A stretch of DNA of 38,660 nt. Origin: a virus. Under the pieces are notes generated by a model. The model was not told the DNA's origin. It did no database searches and saw only the letters and a program-made list of their open reading frames with translations. Of this stretch, positions 8,686 to 17,659 are shown piece by piece (position 1 is the stretch's first letter; every line of letters begins with the position of its first letter). The stretch is taken from UHGV virus genome UHGV-0366580. The stretch is one strand, 5' to 3'. Both the position numbers and the translations under genes were made by a program.

Positions 8686-9198
8686 ATGAATCGCGCTTCC
8701 CTGATTACCTTAATACATGTCGCAAAACGCGATCTACAGCTTGACCATGATACCTATACATCCGCGCTGCTGGCAGCCACCGGCAAATCCAGTTGCCGTG
8801 ATATGTCACCCGGTGAGTTATCCCGCGTGCTGGATGTTTTCAAAAAACGCGGTTTTAAAGTGCGTCAGAAGCCGGTTAACCGGGCCTTAAAACCGGGTAC
8901 GGTGACCGCCAAAATTCGCGCCATCTGGAAAGTGATGCACCGGCAGGGATTTATCTCTGATGGCGGGGAAACGGCCCTTAACCGCTGGGTGAAATCGCAG
9001 ACGGCCGCGCAGAACGACGGCGAAGGTGTGGCTAACTGGCAGTGGCTGGAGCAACAACCCGCGCTGGCCTCTGATGTGCTGGAGCGTCTCAAACGCTGGC
9101 ACCGCCGCAAAATGCTGGCAGCCCTGGATATGTCGGAACGTGCAGTGATGAGTTATGAGCGTGTTTGCAGGCTGTATGAAAAATCATTCCCCCGTTAA
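8686..9198 (+). CDS. gemA: GemA-like protein (Mu gp16 family)
   Basis: 170 aa; N-terminal LITLIHVAKRDLQLDHDTY pattern and position upstream of the Mor/C gene. Confidence 0.7.
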   Translation: MNRASLITLIHVAKRDLQLDHDTYTSALLAATGKSSCRDMSPGELSRVLDVFKKRGFKVRQKPVNRALKPGTVTAKIRAIWKVMHRQGFISDGGETALNRWVKSQTAAQNDGEGVANWQWLEQQPALASDVLERLKRWHRRKMLAALDMSERAVMSYERVCRLYEKSFPR

Positions 9199-9202
9199 CC
9201 CC

Positions 9203-9233
9203 AAATCCCGCCACAGCGCGGGATTTTTATTTT
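9203..9233 (+). terminator. Candidate intrinsic terminator (AAATCCCGC/GCGGGATTT stem, then TTATTTT)
   Basis: 9-bp stem 9203-9211/9219-9227 followed by a T-run; sits where Mu has its early-transcript terminator. Confidence 0.6.
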
Positions 9234-9268
9234 AAACTTGCCCTGTGTAATGATGACCGGAGGCGGGT

Positions 9269-9691
9269 ATGGCTGAAACACAGATGAGCATGTTTGGTGA
9301 CAGCGAACAGCTGCACGCGCTGATTGACCGTCTGGATGATATTCCTGATGATGAGCTGAAAAAGAACTGGCCCGGCACGCTGCGGGACCTGGTTGATGTG
9401 ATCAGTGCTGAACTGCACCGTCAGGGGATTGAACCTGCTCAGGCGGGAATGCTTGCCCGTAAGGTTGCAGCCGCACAGGCCGGGTACATGGGCGGGCGTG
9501 GTTATTATCTCCCGGTCGGTGAATCCCTTTTCACCGAACTGCGCAATAATGAAATTTTTTCCCGCTGGAGCCAGGGCGAAAAAATTGAAACCCTGCGCCG
9601 CCATTACCGGATGTCAGAAACCCAGATTTACACCGTCATACGCGAACAGCGCCGTCTGCATCTGGCAAGAACGCAACCGCCACTTTTCTGA
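9269..9691 (+). CDS. Mor/C-family transcription activator (middle or late regulator)
   Basis: 140 aa; C-terminal region resembles the Mor/C family as recalled from memory; directly precedes the lysis and structural genes. Confidence 0.7.
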   Translation: MAETQMSMFGDSEQLHALIDRLDDIPDDELKKNWPGTLRDLVDVISAELHRQGIEPAQAGMLARKVAAAQAGYMGGRGYYLPVGESLFTELRNNEIFSRWSQGEKIETLRRHYRMSETQIYTVIREQRRLHLARTQPPLF

Positions 9692-9762
9692 TATTCCGCA
9701 AAGCCTGCCGCCTTTCCTTCACCGTTACGCTGACTCAGAGAACATCATGAGACAGCGTAACA

Positions 9763-10263
9763 ATGCCAAAACTCCCCGCACCACTGCGTAAAAAGCTGAT
9801 TGCCCTTGTTCTGGCCGGTGCCGGGACGTTCACGATTGCCACGCATTACACCGGTTACTGGGAAGGGAAAGAAAACTCCACGTATATCGATCCCACCGGT
9901 ACACCCACCATCTGTTACGGCCATACCGGCCCGGATGTGAAACCGGGTATGACCCTGACGGATGAAGAATGCCTGGAACTGCTGGAAAAGGACATGAAAT
10001 GGGCCTTTGCGGCTATCGATCGTCATGTTCAGGTGCCGCTTACCCGTGGTCAGACGGTGGCGTTGGCCTCCTGGATTTTCTGGGCCGGTGAAACGAACTT
10101 TCGCAACTCCACGCTCCTGCGCCTTATCAATGCCGGGCAGATGCCCGCGTCCTGTAAGCAGTATATCCGCTGGATTTATTCAAAGGGGGTAAAACTCCCC
10201 GGTCTTGAGGCCCGCCGTTCGGCGGATGAATGGTTATGTCGTTACGATTTGCCGAAAGTCTGA
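9763..10263 (+). CDS. SAR-type endolysin (T4-lysozyme-like glycoside hydrolase)
   Basis: N-terminal weakly hydrophobic Gly/Ala-rich segment LIALVLAGAGTFTIATHY, then E...D...T catalytic pattern (YWEGKE..YIDPTGTPTICYGHTG). Confidence 0.8.
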   Translation: MPKLPAPLRKKLIALVLAGAGTFTIATHYTGYWEGKENSTYIDPTGTPTICYGHTGPDVKPGMTLTDEECLELLEKDMKWAFAAIDRHVQVPLTRGQTVALASWIFWAGETNFRNSTLLRLINAGQMPASCKQYIRWIYSKGVKLPGLEARRSADEWLCRYDLPKV

Positions 10264-10375
10264 ACCGCTTCTGGCGACCGCTCATGATTGCGCTGCTGTG
10301 TGCCGTTGTGCTGCTGCGGGGTGTGCTGTGTCTGCGGTGAACAATCCCTTACCGGCCCTGATTGCCGGAGGCTGT

Positions 10376-10726
10376 ATGGCGGCGCTGGGGGTGATGAGCG
10401 TGCTGGCTGCCGTGGTATGGGGAATGCACCAGAAGACGCAGCGCCTTGAGGACAATAATCATGTGCTTGTGCGTGAACGGGACGAAGCCCGTCTGGTGCT
10501 GGCAAACCAGCAACGCACCCTGCAACTCATTTCACAAATCAGCAAGGCGGCCACGAATGAAAAACAGCAGAACATGCAGCACAGCGAGGAGCAGCAGAGC
10601 GTTGTCCGCCGGTCGCTGGCAACAGTGCCTGCGGCCTCTGTTCCTGTGCCTGATGATGTGGCTGAGCGGGTGCGCCGGGCCGTCTGTGAAATACGTGCCT
10701 GTGAAGCCGGTGCCGATCCCCGCTGA
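10376..10726 (+). CDS. i-spanin (Rz-like); start uncertain (ATG 10376, GTG 10337 or ATG 10205)
   Basis: N-terminal TM segment MAALGVMSVLAAVVWG then charged coiled-coil-like region; GGAGG 4 nt upstream of ATG 10376. Confidence 0.6.
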   Translation: MAALGVMSVLAAVVWGMHQKTQRLEDNNHVLVRERDEARLVLANQQRTLQLISQISKAATNEKQQNMQHSEEQQSVVRRSLATVPAASVPVPDDVAERVRRAVCEIRACEAGADPR

Positions 10727-10928
10727 ATGGCTGGCTGACTGCCTGGTGCCTCCTGCGCCGGAGCCGTTCACGTTTGGGGCATCGGTCACTTACAACCTGC
10801 AACTGCTGGCGGTGATCAAGAACTGCAACGTGGACAAGGCCAGTATTCGTCGTCTGGAGGCGCGGCGACAACATGAATTTACTGATATGGCCGGAACGCC
10901 TGCTGTTCCGGCAGGAAAGACGAAGTAA
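10557..10928 (+). CDS. o-spanin lipoprotein (Rz1-like), overlapping the i-spanin in another frame; start uncertain (ATG 10557 or TTG ~10602)
   Basis: Signal peptide ending in lipobox LSGC, proline-rich mature region (PVKPVPIPAEW); begins inside the i-spanin gene and extends past its stop. Confidence 0.6.
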   Translation: MKNSRTCSTARSSRALSAGRWQQCLRPLFLCLMMWLSGCAGPSVKYVPVKPVPIPAEWLADCLVPPAPEPFTFGASVTYNLQLLAVIKNCNVDKASIRRLEARRQHEFTDMAGTPAVPAGKTK

Positions 10929-10937
10929 GGAAAAGCT

Positions 10938-11165
10938 ATGGATGATTCAGATCGTGCTCAGGCTGTGATGGAGCGGGGATCAGAACGCGCCCTTTGTAAC
11001 CGGCTGACACGTAAGTGCCGGGCAATGGATGCTCCGGGCAGACGTGTCTGCGCAGACTGTGGCGGAGAGATCCCCGCCGCACGTCTTGTTGCTGTGCCGG
11101 ATGCCATCCGTTGTGTGAACTGCCAGAACATCATGGAGGCCCGTCATGTGGGTCAGCATCGTTAA
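10938..11165 (+). CDS. TraR/DksA-family C4 zinc-finger protein
   Basis: 75 aa with CADCGGEIP...RCVNCQ four-cysteine motif. Confidence 0.7.
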   Translation: MDDSDRAQAVMERGSERALCNRLTRKCRAMDAPGRRVCADCGGEIPAARLVAVPDAIRCVNCQNIMEARHVGQHR

Positions 11166-11454
11166 AGATTATGTTGTGCCGATCCTTTCGGCGACGGCAA
11201 CCGCTGGCGGGATATTCATGGCGCTGATGCGCAAAACGTTTGTCCCCCGCGAGGCCTTTGAAAAACTCTCCGACCGCGTTGAGAAGGTGGAAACCCGCCT
11301 GTCGTCACTGCCGACAGAAGCCGAGGTCAACCGTCTGAATGTGGAAATCGTGACCCTGCGGGGTGAACTGAAAACCACGAACGCCACGCTCCGCTCTGTC
11401 TCCTATCAGAACGAACTGCTGCTGGAGCAGGCTGTAAGGAAAAAAACGCAATGA
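11146..11454 (+). CDS. Small membrane/coiled-coil protein (Mu gp25-like position)
   Basis: 102 aa; N-terminal hydrophobic segment VVPILSATATAGGIFMALM then heptad-like region. Confidence 0.5.
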   Translation: MWVSIVKDYVVPILSATATAGGIFMALMRKTFVPREAFEKLSDRVEKVETRLSSLPTEAEVNRLNVEIVTLRGELKTTNATLRSVSYQNELLLEQAVRKKTQ

Positions 11455-11741
11455 GTGATTTCATTACTGAAGATCAGCGTCTGGTCATTCTGCGGTCGCT
11501 GGCAGATTACAACGGTGAACTGGGTGAATCCGTGCTCCAGGACTGTCTGGATGATTACGGTCACCGCGTGTCCCGCGACACCGTTCACACCCACATTGCC
11601 TGGCTTACCGAACAGGGACTGGTGCGCAAACGCGTTCTGATTAACGGTTATTTCATCGCAGAGCTGACCGGCCGGGGGCAGGATGTGGCGGAAGGCCGCG
11701 CCAGTGTTCCGGGTGTGAAGAAACCACGCGCAAGGGGGTAA
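11451..11741 (+). CDS. Hypothetical protein (Mu gp26-like position)
   Basis: 96-aa ORF translationally coupled to neighbours. Confidence 0.45.
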   Translation: MSDFITEDQRLVILRSLADYNGELGESVLQDCLDDYGHRVSRDTVHTHIAWLTEQGLVRKRVLINGYFIAELTGRGQDVAEGRASVPGVKKPRARG

Positions 11742-11743
11742 CG

Positions 11744-12325
11744 ATGGACAAGCCGACGCGTGGCCGCGTGCGCAAGGTGGATTTGCTCCCCGACAGCATC
11801 CGTAAGCCGCTGCTGGAAATGCTGCGTGAAAAACGTCTGACGCAGGTCCAGATCCGCGAGGAAATCAACCGTCTGATCCGCGAGGCAGGCCTGCCGGAAG
11901 AGCAGCAGCTTTCACCGGCGGCCATCAGCCGGGAAGCCTCCCGTAATGAGCTGATTGCCCGTAACCTGCGTGATTTACGCGAGCAGACAAAAGCCATGAT
12001 GGCCGAACTGGGGGACAAGCCGACCGGTGAAACCACTGCACTGATTCTGGAAATGTCCCGCGCCCTGATGTACCGCCGCCTGCGTGCCGCGACCGAATCC
12101 CTGAACAGCGACAGCGACGTGGATATGCGCCTCATCAAAGATATCCTCCTGTCAGCACAGCGTGCGGAAAGTGCCGCCGAGCGCAGCATTAAGCGTGAAA
12201 AAGAAATCCGGGCCGCATTTGCTGAAGAGATGGCAAACGCGGTCACCGACGAACTGCGCGGCGTGGACGGGATGAGTGAACAGCTTGAGTCCCGTATTAA
12301 GGGGATTCTGTTGGGTAAAGTCTGA
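11744..12325 (+). CDS. Putative terminase small subunit (Mu gp27-like)
   Basis: 193-aa charged helical protein immediately upstream of the large terminase. Confidence 0.55.
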   Translation: MDKPTRGRVRKVDLLPDSIRKPLLEMLREKRLTQVQIREEINRLIREAGLPEEQQLSPAAISREASRNELIARNLRDLREQTKAMMAELGDKPTGETTALILEMSRALMYRRLRAATESLNSDSDVDMRLIKDILLSAQRAESAAERSIKREKEIRAAFAEEMANAVTDELRGVDGMSEQLESRIKGILLGKV

Positions 12326-13989
12326 TGAATAACGCCGAAGAACTCTCCCCCTTACTGACGAATACCGTCTCCACCCGCAAAATTGATCTGGCCGGTGAAA
12401 AAGCCCTGCTGGGCGTGGATGTGCCGGACAGCCTTGATTTGCCCGGTGATATGCCGGTATTTCTGGATTATCAGGCCCGCTGGTTTGAGGATGAAAGCGA
12501 GGTCTGCATCGCGGAAAAATCCCGCCGTACCGGGCTTACCTGGGCGGAAGCCGGGCGTAACGTCATTACCGCTGCAAAACCGAAGCGGCGCGGTGGCCGC
12601 AATGTGTTTTATGTGGGGTCAAAGCAGGAGATGGCGCTGGAATATATTTCTGCCTGCGCCCTGTTCTCCCGTGCCTTTAACCAGCTGGCAGATGCTGATG
12701 TGTATGAGCAGACCTTCTGGGATCGGGATAAAAAAGAAGAAATTCTGACCTACATGATCCGCTTTCCGAACAGTGGATTCAAAATTCAGGCACTGTCTTC
12801 CCGTCCGTCAAACCTGCGCGGCCTTCAGGGGGATGTGGTGATTGATGAAGCCGCGTTCCACGAGTCACTGGATGAGCTTCTCAAGGCGGCAATGGCGCTT
12901 ACCATGTGGGGCGCGCGCGTGCGTATTATCTCCACGCATAACGGCGTCGATAATCTGTTTAATCAGTACATTCAGGAAGCCCGCGAGGGACGCAAGGATT
13001 ACAGCGTCCACCGCATAACCCTGGATGATGCCATTGCGGACGGGCTGTACCGTCGTATCTGTTATGTCACCGGCCGCGAATGGTCACCGGAAAGCGAGCA
13101 GAAGTGGCGTGATGATCTCTACAAAAACGCCCCGACCCGTGAGGATGCCGACGAGGAATACGGCTGTATCCCGAAAAAATCCGGCGGTGCCTATATTCCT
13201 CACGCGCTTATTGAAATGGCGATGATCCGCGACATCCCGATTCTGACGTTTGAAGCCCCGGACGACTTCATCAGCCGTGCTGCATGGCTGCGTGAATCGG
13301 AGGTTTTAACCTGGTGTGAAGAACATTTAAAACCGCTTTTAGAGAAATTAAATCCCCGTTCCCGCTTCAGCTTCGGGGAAGACTTTGCCCGCACCGGTGA
13401 CCTGTCCTGCTTTGTGCTGCTGGAAATCACCGAATCCCTGGCAAAACGCGAGGTGTTTCGCGTGGAGCTGCGTAACCTGCCGTATGCCCAGCAGGAGCAG
13501 GTGATGATGTACATCCTGACCCGCGTTCCGGCACTGACTGGCGCGGCGTTCGATGCCACCGGTAACGGCGGCTATCTGGCCGAAGCCGCGCTGCTGGCCT
13601 TTGGTCCGGACATCATCGACTGCGTGATGTTATCGCCGAAGTGGTACGGCGAGTGGATGCCAAAACTGAAGGCCGAGTTTGAAGATCAGAATATCCTCGT
13701 CGCCCGTCATCAGACCACGCTTGATGATTTGCGCCATGTGAAGGTGGTGAACGGTATCCCGCAAATCGACAAGGGGCGTACGAAGGACCAGAACGCAACG
13801 GCTGTGAACGCCCGCCGCCATGGTGATTTTGCCGTGGCGCTCTGTATGGCAAACCGGGCGTCATACATGGAGGGCTTCATCCTGGATGAATCAGCCTGTC
13901 AGGCGCTGCCGGAGCGGTCGCGGGCCATGGAGGGCGGTTATCGTGATGACGATGAGGCATATCATAAATTTGATCGGGGGTGCTGGTAG
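12325..13989 (+). CDS. Terminase large subunit (Mu gp28-like)
   Basis: 554 aa; position and size; Walker-B-like VVIDEAAF. Confidence 0.8.
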   Translation: MNNAEELSPLLTNTVSTRKIDLAGEKALLGVDVPDSLDLPGDMPVFLDYQARWFEDESEVCIAEKSRRTGLTWAEAGRNVITAAKPKRRGGRNVFYVGSKQEMALEYISACALFSRAFNQLADADVYEQTFWDRDKKEEILTYMIRFPNSGFKIQALSSRPSNLRGLQGDVVIDEAAFHESLDELLKAAMALTMWGARVRIISTHNGVDNLFNQYIQEAREGRKDYSVHRITLDDAIADGLYRRICYVTGREWSPESEQKWRDDLYKNAPTREDADEEYGCIPKKSGGAYIPHALIEMAMIRDIPILTFEAPDDFISRAAWLRESEVLTWCEEHLKPLLEKLNPRSRFSFGEDFARTGDLSCFVLLEITESLAKREVFRVELRNLPYAQQEQVMMYILTRVPALTGAAFDATGNGGYLAEAALLAFGPDIIDCVMLSPKWYGEWMPKLKAEFEDQNILVARHQTTLDDLRHVKVVNGIPQIDKGRTKDQNATAVNARRHGDFAVALCMANRASYMEGFILDESACQALPERSRAMEGGYRDDDEAYHKFDRGCW

Positions 13990-15578
13990 TGGGACGCATA
14001 ATTGATCTTGACGGAAAACCTTTCTCCTTTGACCCGGAGATGCAGAGTGCCGTGCTGGATATTCCGCAGATTGCCAGCCGTTATATTGAACATCCGGCCT
14101 CGGGTATCACCCCGAACCGGGCGGCGCAGTGCCTTCGCGGGGCTGAACATGGCGATCTGATTGCCCAGTCCGATCTGGCGGCTGACATTGAAGAAAAGGA
14201 CACCCACCTTTTTGCAGAGCTGGGCAAGCGACGTCTTGCCATTCAGGGCGTGCCCTGGAGTATTGAGCCGCCACCGAACGCCAGCGCGAATGAGAAAAAG
14301 GACGCGGAAATGCTCGACGAATATCTGCATTCCGCCGACTGGTTTGATGCCATGCTGTTTGATGCTACCGATGCCATCCTGAAGGGCTATTCCTGTATGG
14401 AGATTGAGCACGGGATGCTCGGTAAAATGCACATCATCCGCGCCATCCGCTGGCGTGACAGCGGGCATTTCTGCCTTAACCCGGATGATTTGAGCGAACT
14501 GCGGCTGCGTGACGGCAGCCATGCCGGGGTGGCGTTTCAGCCCTTTGGCTGGATAGTGCATCAGTCACGTTCACGCACCGGTTACGGCGGCGCAACGGGG
14601 CTTGTCAGAACGCTTATCTGGCCGTTCATTTTCAAAAACTATTCCGTGCGCGATCTGGCTGAATTTCTGGAAGTGTACGGCCTGCCGATGAAGGTCGGTA
14701 AATACCCGTCCGGGGCAACACCGGAGCAGAAAAGCGCCCTGATGCGGGCGGTGATGGATATCGGGCGACGTACAGGCGGGATCATCCCGGCCGGGATGTC
14801 GCTGGAGTTTCAGGCGGCAGCGAACGGTCAGGCCGATCCGTTTGAAACCATGATTTCGTGGGGGGAGCGTTCCATCTCCAAAGCTATCCTCGGCGGCACG
14901 CTGACCACGGAAGCCGGAGACAAAGGCGCGCGCTCGCTGGGTGAAGTGCATAACGAGGTGCGCCGGGAAATCAGGGATTCTGATTTACGTCAGCTGGCTG
15001 CCACGCTGAACCGCGATCTGGTGTATCCGCTGTACGCCCTGAACACCACGCACACTATTGATATCCGCCGTCTGCCACGTATCTGCTTCCAGACAAAAGA
15101 ACCGGGGGATATCACCAAAATCACCAGTGCGGTGATGCAGCTCAGTACGGGGATGGATATTTCTGATCCCTGGATACGTGAGCAGACGGGTATTCCGCAG
15201 CCCACGCCCGGCGAAGCCATCTTCCGTGTCCGTCAGAGTGGCAATGAACCGGCTCAGACTGACAGGGAAATACCACCGGAAACACAGGAAAAGACAGAGC
15301 AGACGGCGCTGTCAGCCCGAGTGCCGGAAGCGAAAAGCAGCCCCCGTGATGAACTGGACGACATGGGGGATGCGGTGCCTGCCCGCCGGTTACAGGAGGC
15401 CATCGACCCGCTACTGGAGCCGGTCATTGATGCCATCAGAACGCGGGGGCTGGCGGATGCGCTGGCAGACCTGCCCGCCCTTTACCGTGAAATGGATGAT
15501 TCCCGCCTGATGACGCTGCTCAGTGATGCCATGTTTGCTGCGGAAATGAAGGGGATGCTGGATGGCACAGGGGATTGA
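13980..15578 (+). CDS. Portal protein (Mu gp29-like)
   Basis: 532 aa following the terminase; GTG start overlapping the terminase stop. Confidence 0.75.
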   Translation: MLVVGRIIDLDGKPFSFDPEMQSAVLDIPQIASRYIEHPASGITPNRAAQCLRGAEHGDLIAQSDLAADIEEKDTHLFAELGKRRLAIQGVPWSIEPPPNASANEKKDAEMLDEYLHSADWFDAMLFDATDAILKGYSCMEIEHGMLGKMHIIRAIRWRDSGHFCLNPDDLSELRLRDGSHAGVAFQPFGWIVHQSRSRTGYGGATGLVRTLIWPFIFKNYSVRDLAEFLEVYGLPMKVGKYPSGATPEQKSALMRAVMDIGRRTGGIIPAGMSLEFQAAANGQADPFETMISWGERSISKAILGGTLTTEAGDKGARSLGEVHNEVRREIRDSDLRQLAATLNRDLVYPLYALNTTHTIDIRRLPRICFQTKEPGDITKITSAVMQLSTGMDISDPWIREQTGIPQPTPGEAIFRVRQSGNEPAQTDREIPPETQEKTEQTALSARVPEAKSSPRDELDDMGDAVPARRLQEAIDPLLEPVIDAIRTRGLADALADLPALYREMDDSRLMTLLSDAMFAAEMKGMLDGTGD

Positions 15579-16887
15579 TCTGGGTTATGCCGCCACGCTT
15601 CCCTCAAAAGAGGCGGTGGCATACTTCCGCGCCAAAGGGGCGCATATCAGCTGGAACTGGTTCGAAACAGACGCGGATGTTCATGCCCGTTCATTCACGG
15701 CGGCAAAAGTGGCACGCCTGGACGTACTGACCACACTACAGGCGGAAGTGCAGCGTGCTGTTGATGAGGGGATTTCACAGAAAGCATTTATTCGCACGCT
15801 GACACCCCGCCTGCAAAAGCTGGGATGGTGGGGAAAACAGATTGTGGTGGACAGTGCCGGTAACGCGGAAGAAGTGCAGCTGGGCAGTCCCCGCCGTCTG
15901 GCGCTGATTTACAACGTGAACACCCGTGTGGCTTACAATGCCGGGCGTTACACGCAGATGATGAACAACACGGACACGCATCCGTTCTGGCAGTATGTGG
16001 CGGTGATGGACAGCCGCACCCGCCCGGCACATTCCGCCTTTAACGGGCTGGTATTCCGCTATGACGATCCGTTCTGGAATACACACTACCCGCCCAATGG
16101 CTGGAACTGCCGCTGCCGTGTCCGGCCATTATCTCAGGCCCGTCTGGATGCAATGGGGTTATCCGTTTCATCCGGTCAGGATCATCTCTCCACCCGCAAT
16201 GTTGAGGCTGGCGTGGATAAGCAGACCGGAGAAGTCAGAGAAATGCCGGTGACCACATATTCAGATGGCACCAGAACCATGACACCGGATGTGGGCTGGT
16301 CATATAACCCCGGTTCGGCGGCGTTCGGCACAGACCAGGCGCTGATCCGTAAACTGATCGAGGTGAAAAGCCCGGCGTTACGGGAAATGGTGGTTCAGGA
16401 GATGAACAACAGCCCGGAGCGGCAGCTGGCGTTCCGCATCTGGGCAAAAAACATCATGAAGACCCGGCGAGGTGGTCACGATATCCGCACGCTGGGCTTT
16501 ATGACCGAAAGTATTGCGCAGGCGGTGGAAAGCCGGACGGGAACGCCACCGGCCCGCCTGCTGGCGATGAGCGGTAAAAATGTGCTCCATGCGGACAGCG
16601 TGAAACATCAGAATGACGGCATTGCCCTGACGCCGGAGGATTTCGGGCGATTACCGGCAATGCTGGCCGCGCCTGATGCCGTGCTGTGGGATCATGTCCA
16701 TCAGAATCTGCTTTACATCACTGAAACCCGTGACGGAACGGCAAAGATTGCCGTCAATGCGCCTTATAGTGTGAAACGTCAGCCGGATAAGCTGGATGTG
16801 GTGATTAATGCCTACAGAGTCAAAAAGGAGGCATTACTTGATGATCTGCGCGGTGGAAAGCTGGAATTACTGGAGGGTGAATTGTAG
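15562..16887 (+). CDS. Mu F-like head morphogenesis protein
   Basis: 441 aa; contains the NGWNCRCRV region typical of Mu F / SPP1 gp7 minor head proteins. Confidence 0.75.
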   Translation: MAQGIDLGYAATLPSKEAVAYFRAKGAHISWNWFETDADVHARSFTAAKVARLDVLTTLQAEVQRAVDEGISQKAFIRTLTPRLQKLGWWGKQIVVDSAGNAEEVQLGSPRRLALIYNVNTRVAYNAGRYTQMMNNTDTHPFWQYVAVMDSRTRPAHSAFNGLVFRYDDPFWNTHYPPNGWNCRCRVRPLSQARLDAMGLSVSSGQDHLSTRNVEAGVDKQTGEVREMPVTTYSDGTRTMTPDVGWSYNPGSAAFGTDQALIRKLIEVKSPALREMVVQEMNNSPERQLAFRIWAKNIMKTRRGGHDIRTLGFMTESIAQAVESRTGTPPARLLAMSGKNVLHADSVKHQNDGIALTPEDFGRLPAMLAAPDAVLWDHVHQNLLYITETRDGTAKIAVNAPYSVKRQPDKLDVVINAYRVKKEALLDDLRGGKLELLEGEL

Positions 16888-16971
16888 GTCGGTGGCGGGG
16901 GTCGAACCCGCATAAACATCCCTCAGGAAAAAACCATCAGGCGCCGCTTTACCAGTTAAGAGTACACCGAC
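16888..16971 (-). other. tRNA-like element or degenerate tRNA remnant
   Basis: Minus strand: 7-bp acceptor stem GTCGGTG/CACCGAC, U8-A9, D-loop-like TAACTGGTAAAG with GG, canonical T-arm GCGGG-TTCGACC-CCCGC; no clean anticodon stem found; no CCA. Confidence 0.35.
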
Positions 16972-17009
16972 CTGCTTTTATTTTAACCAGGTAGTTTCAC
17001 GGAGGCAAT

Positions 17010-17483
17010 ATGTCATCCATTGATGCCGCTGTCGTTGTTGACGTTACGCGTCTCCAGCGGGTGTTTGCCCGGCTTCAGTTTGTGGGGGGCGGAAAAGACC
17101 TGGCCCGCAGTGTGGCGTCCAGCCTTCTGTCATCCTCAGAAATGGCGTTTGAACAGGAAAAAGAGCCGGACGGCGAACGCTGGCATGACTGGTCAGATCC
17201 TTACCGCAAGTGGCGTACCCGTAAGGGATACACGCCCGGCAAAATCCTGACGCTGAACGGCGATCTGGCCCGCCGCCTGACCACGGATTATGGCGATACC
17301 TGGGCGCTGATTGGATCAAATGAACCTTATGCAGCCATTCATCAGTGGGGTGGCCTGCCTGGTATGCCACCGGGACTGGCAGCCATTGGCGCACGTCCGT
17401 ATATGGGCTTTGATGAGGTGGCTGAACAGGAGATCATGGACGAAATCAGAAAACGCTTTAAAAAGGCCACAGAAACGCCTTAA
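17010..17483 (+). CDS. Mu G-like virion morphogenesis protein
   Basis: 157 aa; position between F-like and I-like genes. Confidence 0.7.
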   Translation: MSSIDAAVVVDVTRLQRVFARLQFVGGGKDLARSVASSLLSSSEMAFEQEKEPDGERWHDWSDPYRKWRTRKGYTPGKILTLNGDLARRLTTDYGDTWALIGSNEPYAAIHQWGGLPGMPPGLAAIGARPYMGFDEVAEQEIMDEIRKRFKKATETP

Positions 17484-17659
17484 TTGTTTAAGGTATGCAA
17501 ATGCATTACCTTACCCCCTTCAGGCGCGTGTCGTGATTTTCTAACCTGTATTTAACGGGCTTTAAAATCTGCGTGAAGCGCCTTTGTATTTTTCCCCTGA
17601 AAGCACTTCCTGAAATCCCGCAAAACCCGCCCTGAAAATTCCCGGCTTATGCTGCCGGA
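17484..17659 (+). promoter_or_regulatory. G-I intergenic region: candidate late promoter and/or strong gyrase site
   Basis: 176-bp non-coding gap at the genome centre; three direct CCTGAAA repeats (17596, 17609, 17631) upstream of the I start. Confidence 0.4.

Noticed and set aside
10284-10340. 18-aa hydrophobic mini-ORF (MIALLCAVVLLRGVLCLR) as a possible holin
   Set aside because: Too short for any known holin class and no RBS; probably a by-product of the overlapping hydrophobic reading frames.
10205-10375. ORF-track start of the i-spanin at 10205
   Set aside because: Would add a 57-residue Cys/Ala-rich N-terminal extension overlapping the endolysin; the TM segment begins near 10376, which has a GGAGG RBS.
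11653-12246. 197-aa minus-strand ORF antisense to the gp27-like gene
   Set aside because: Low-complexity Arg/Ser-rich translation, no RBS context, and it would disrupt the tightly coupled + strand operon.
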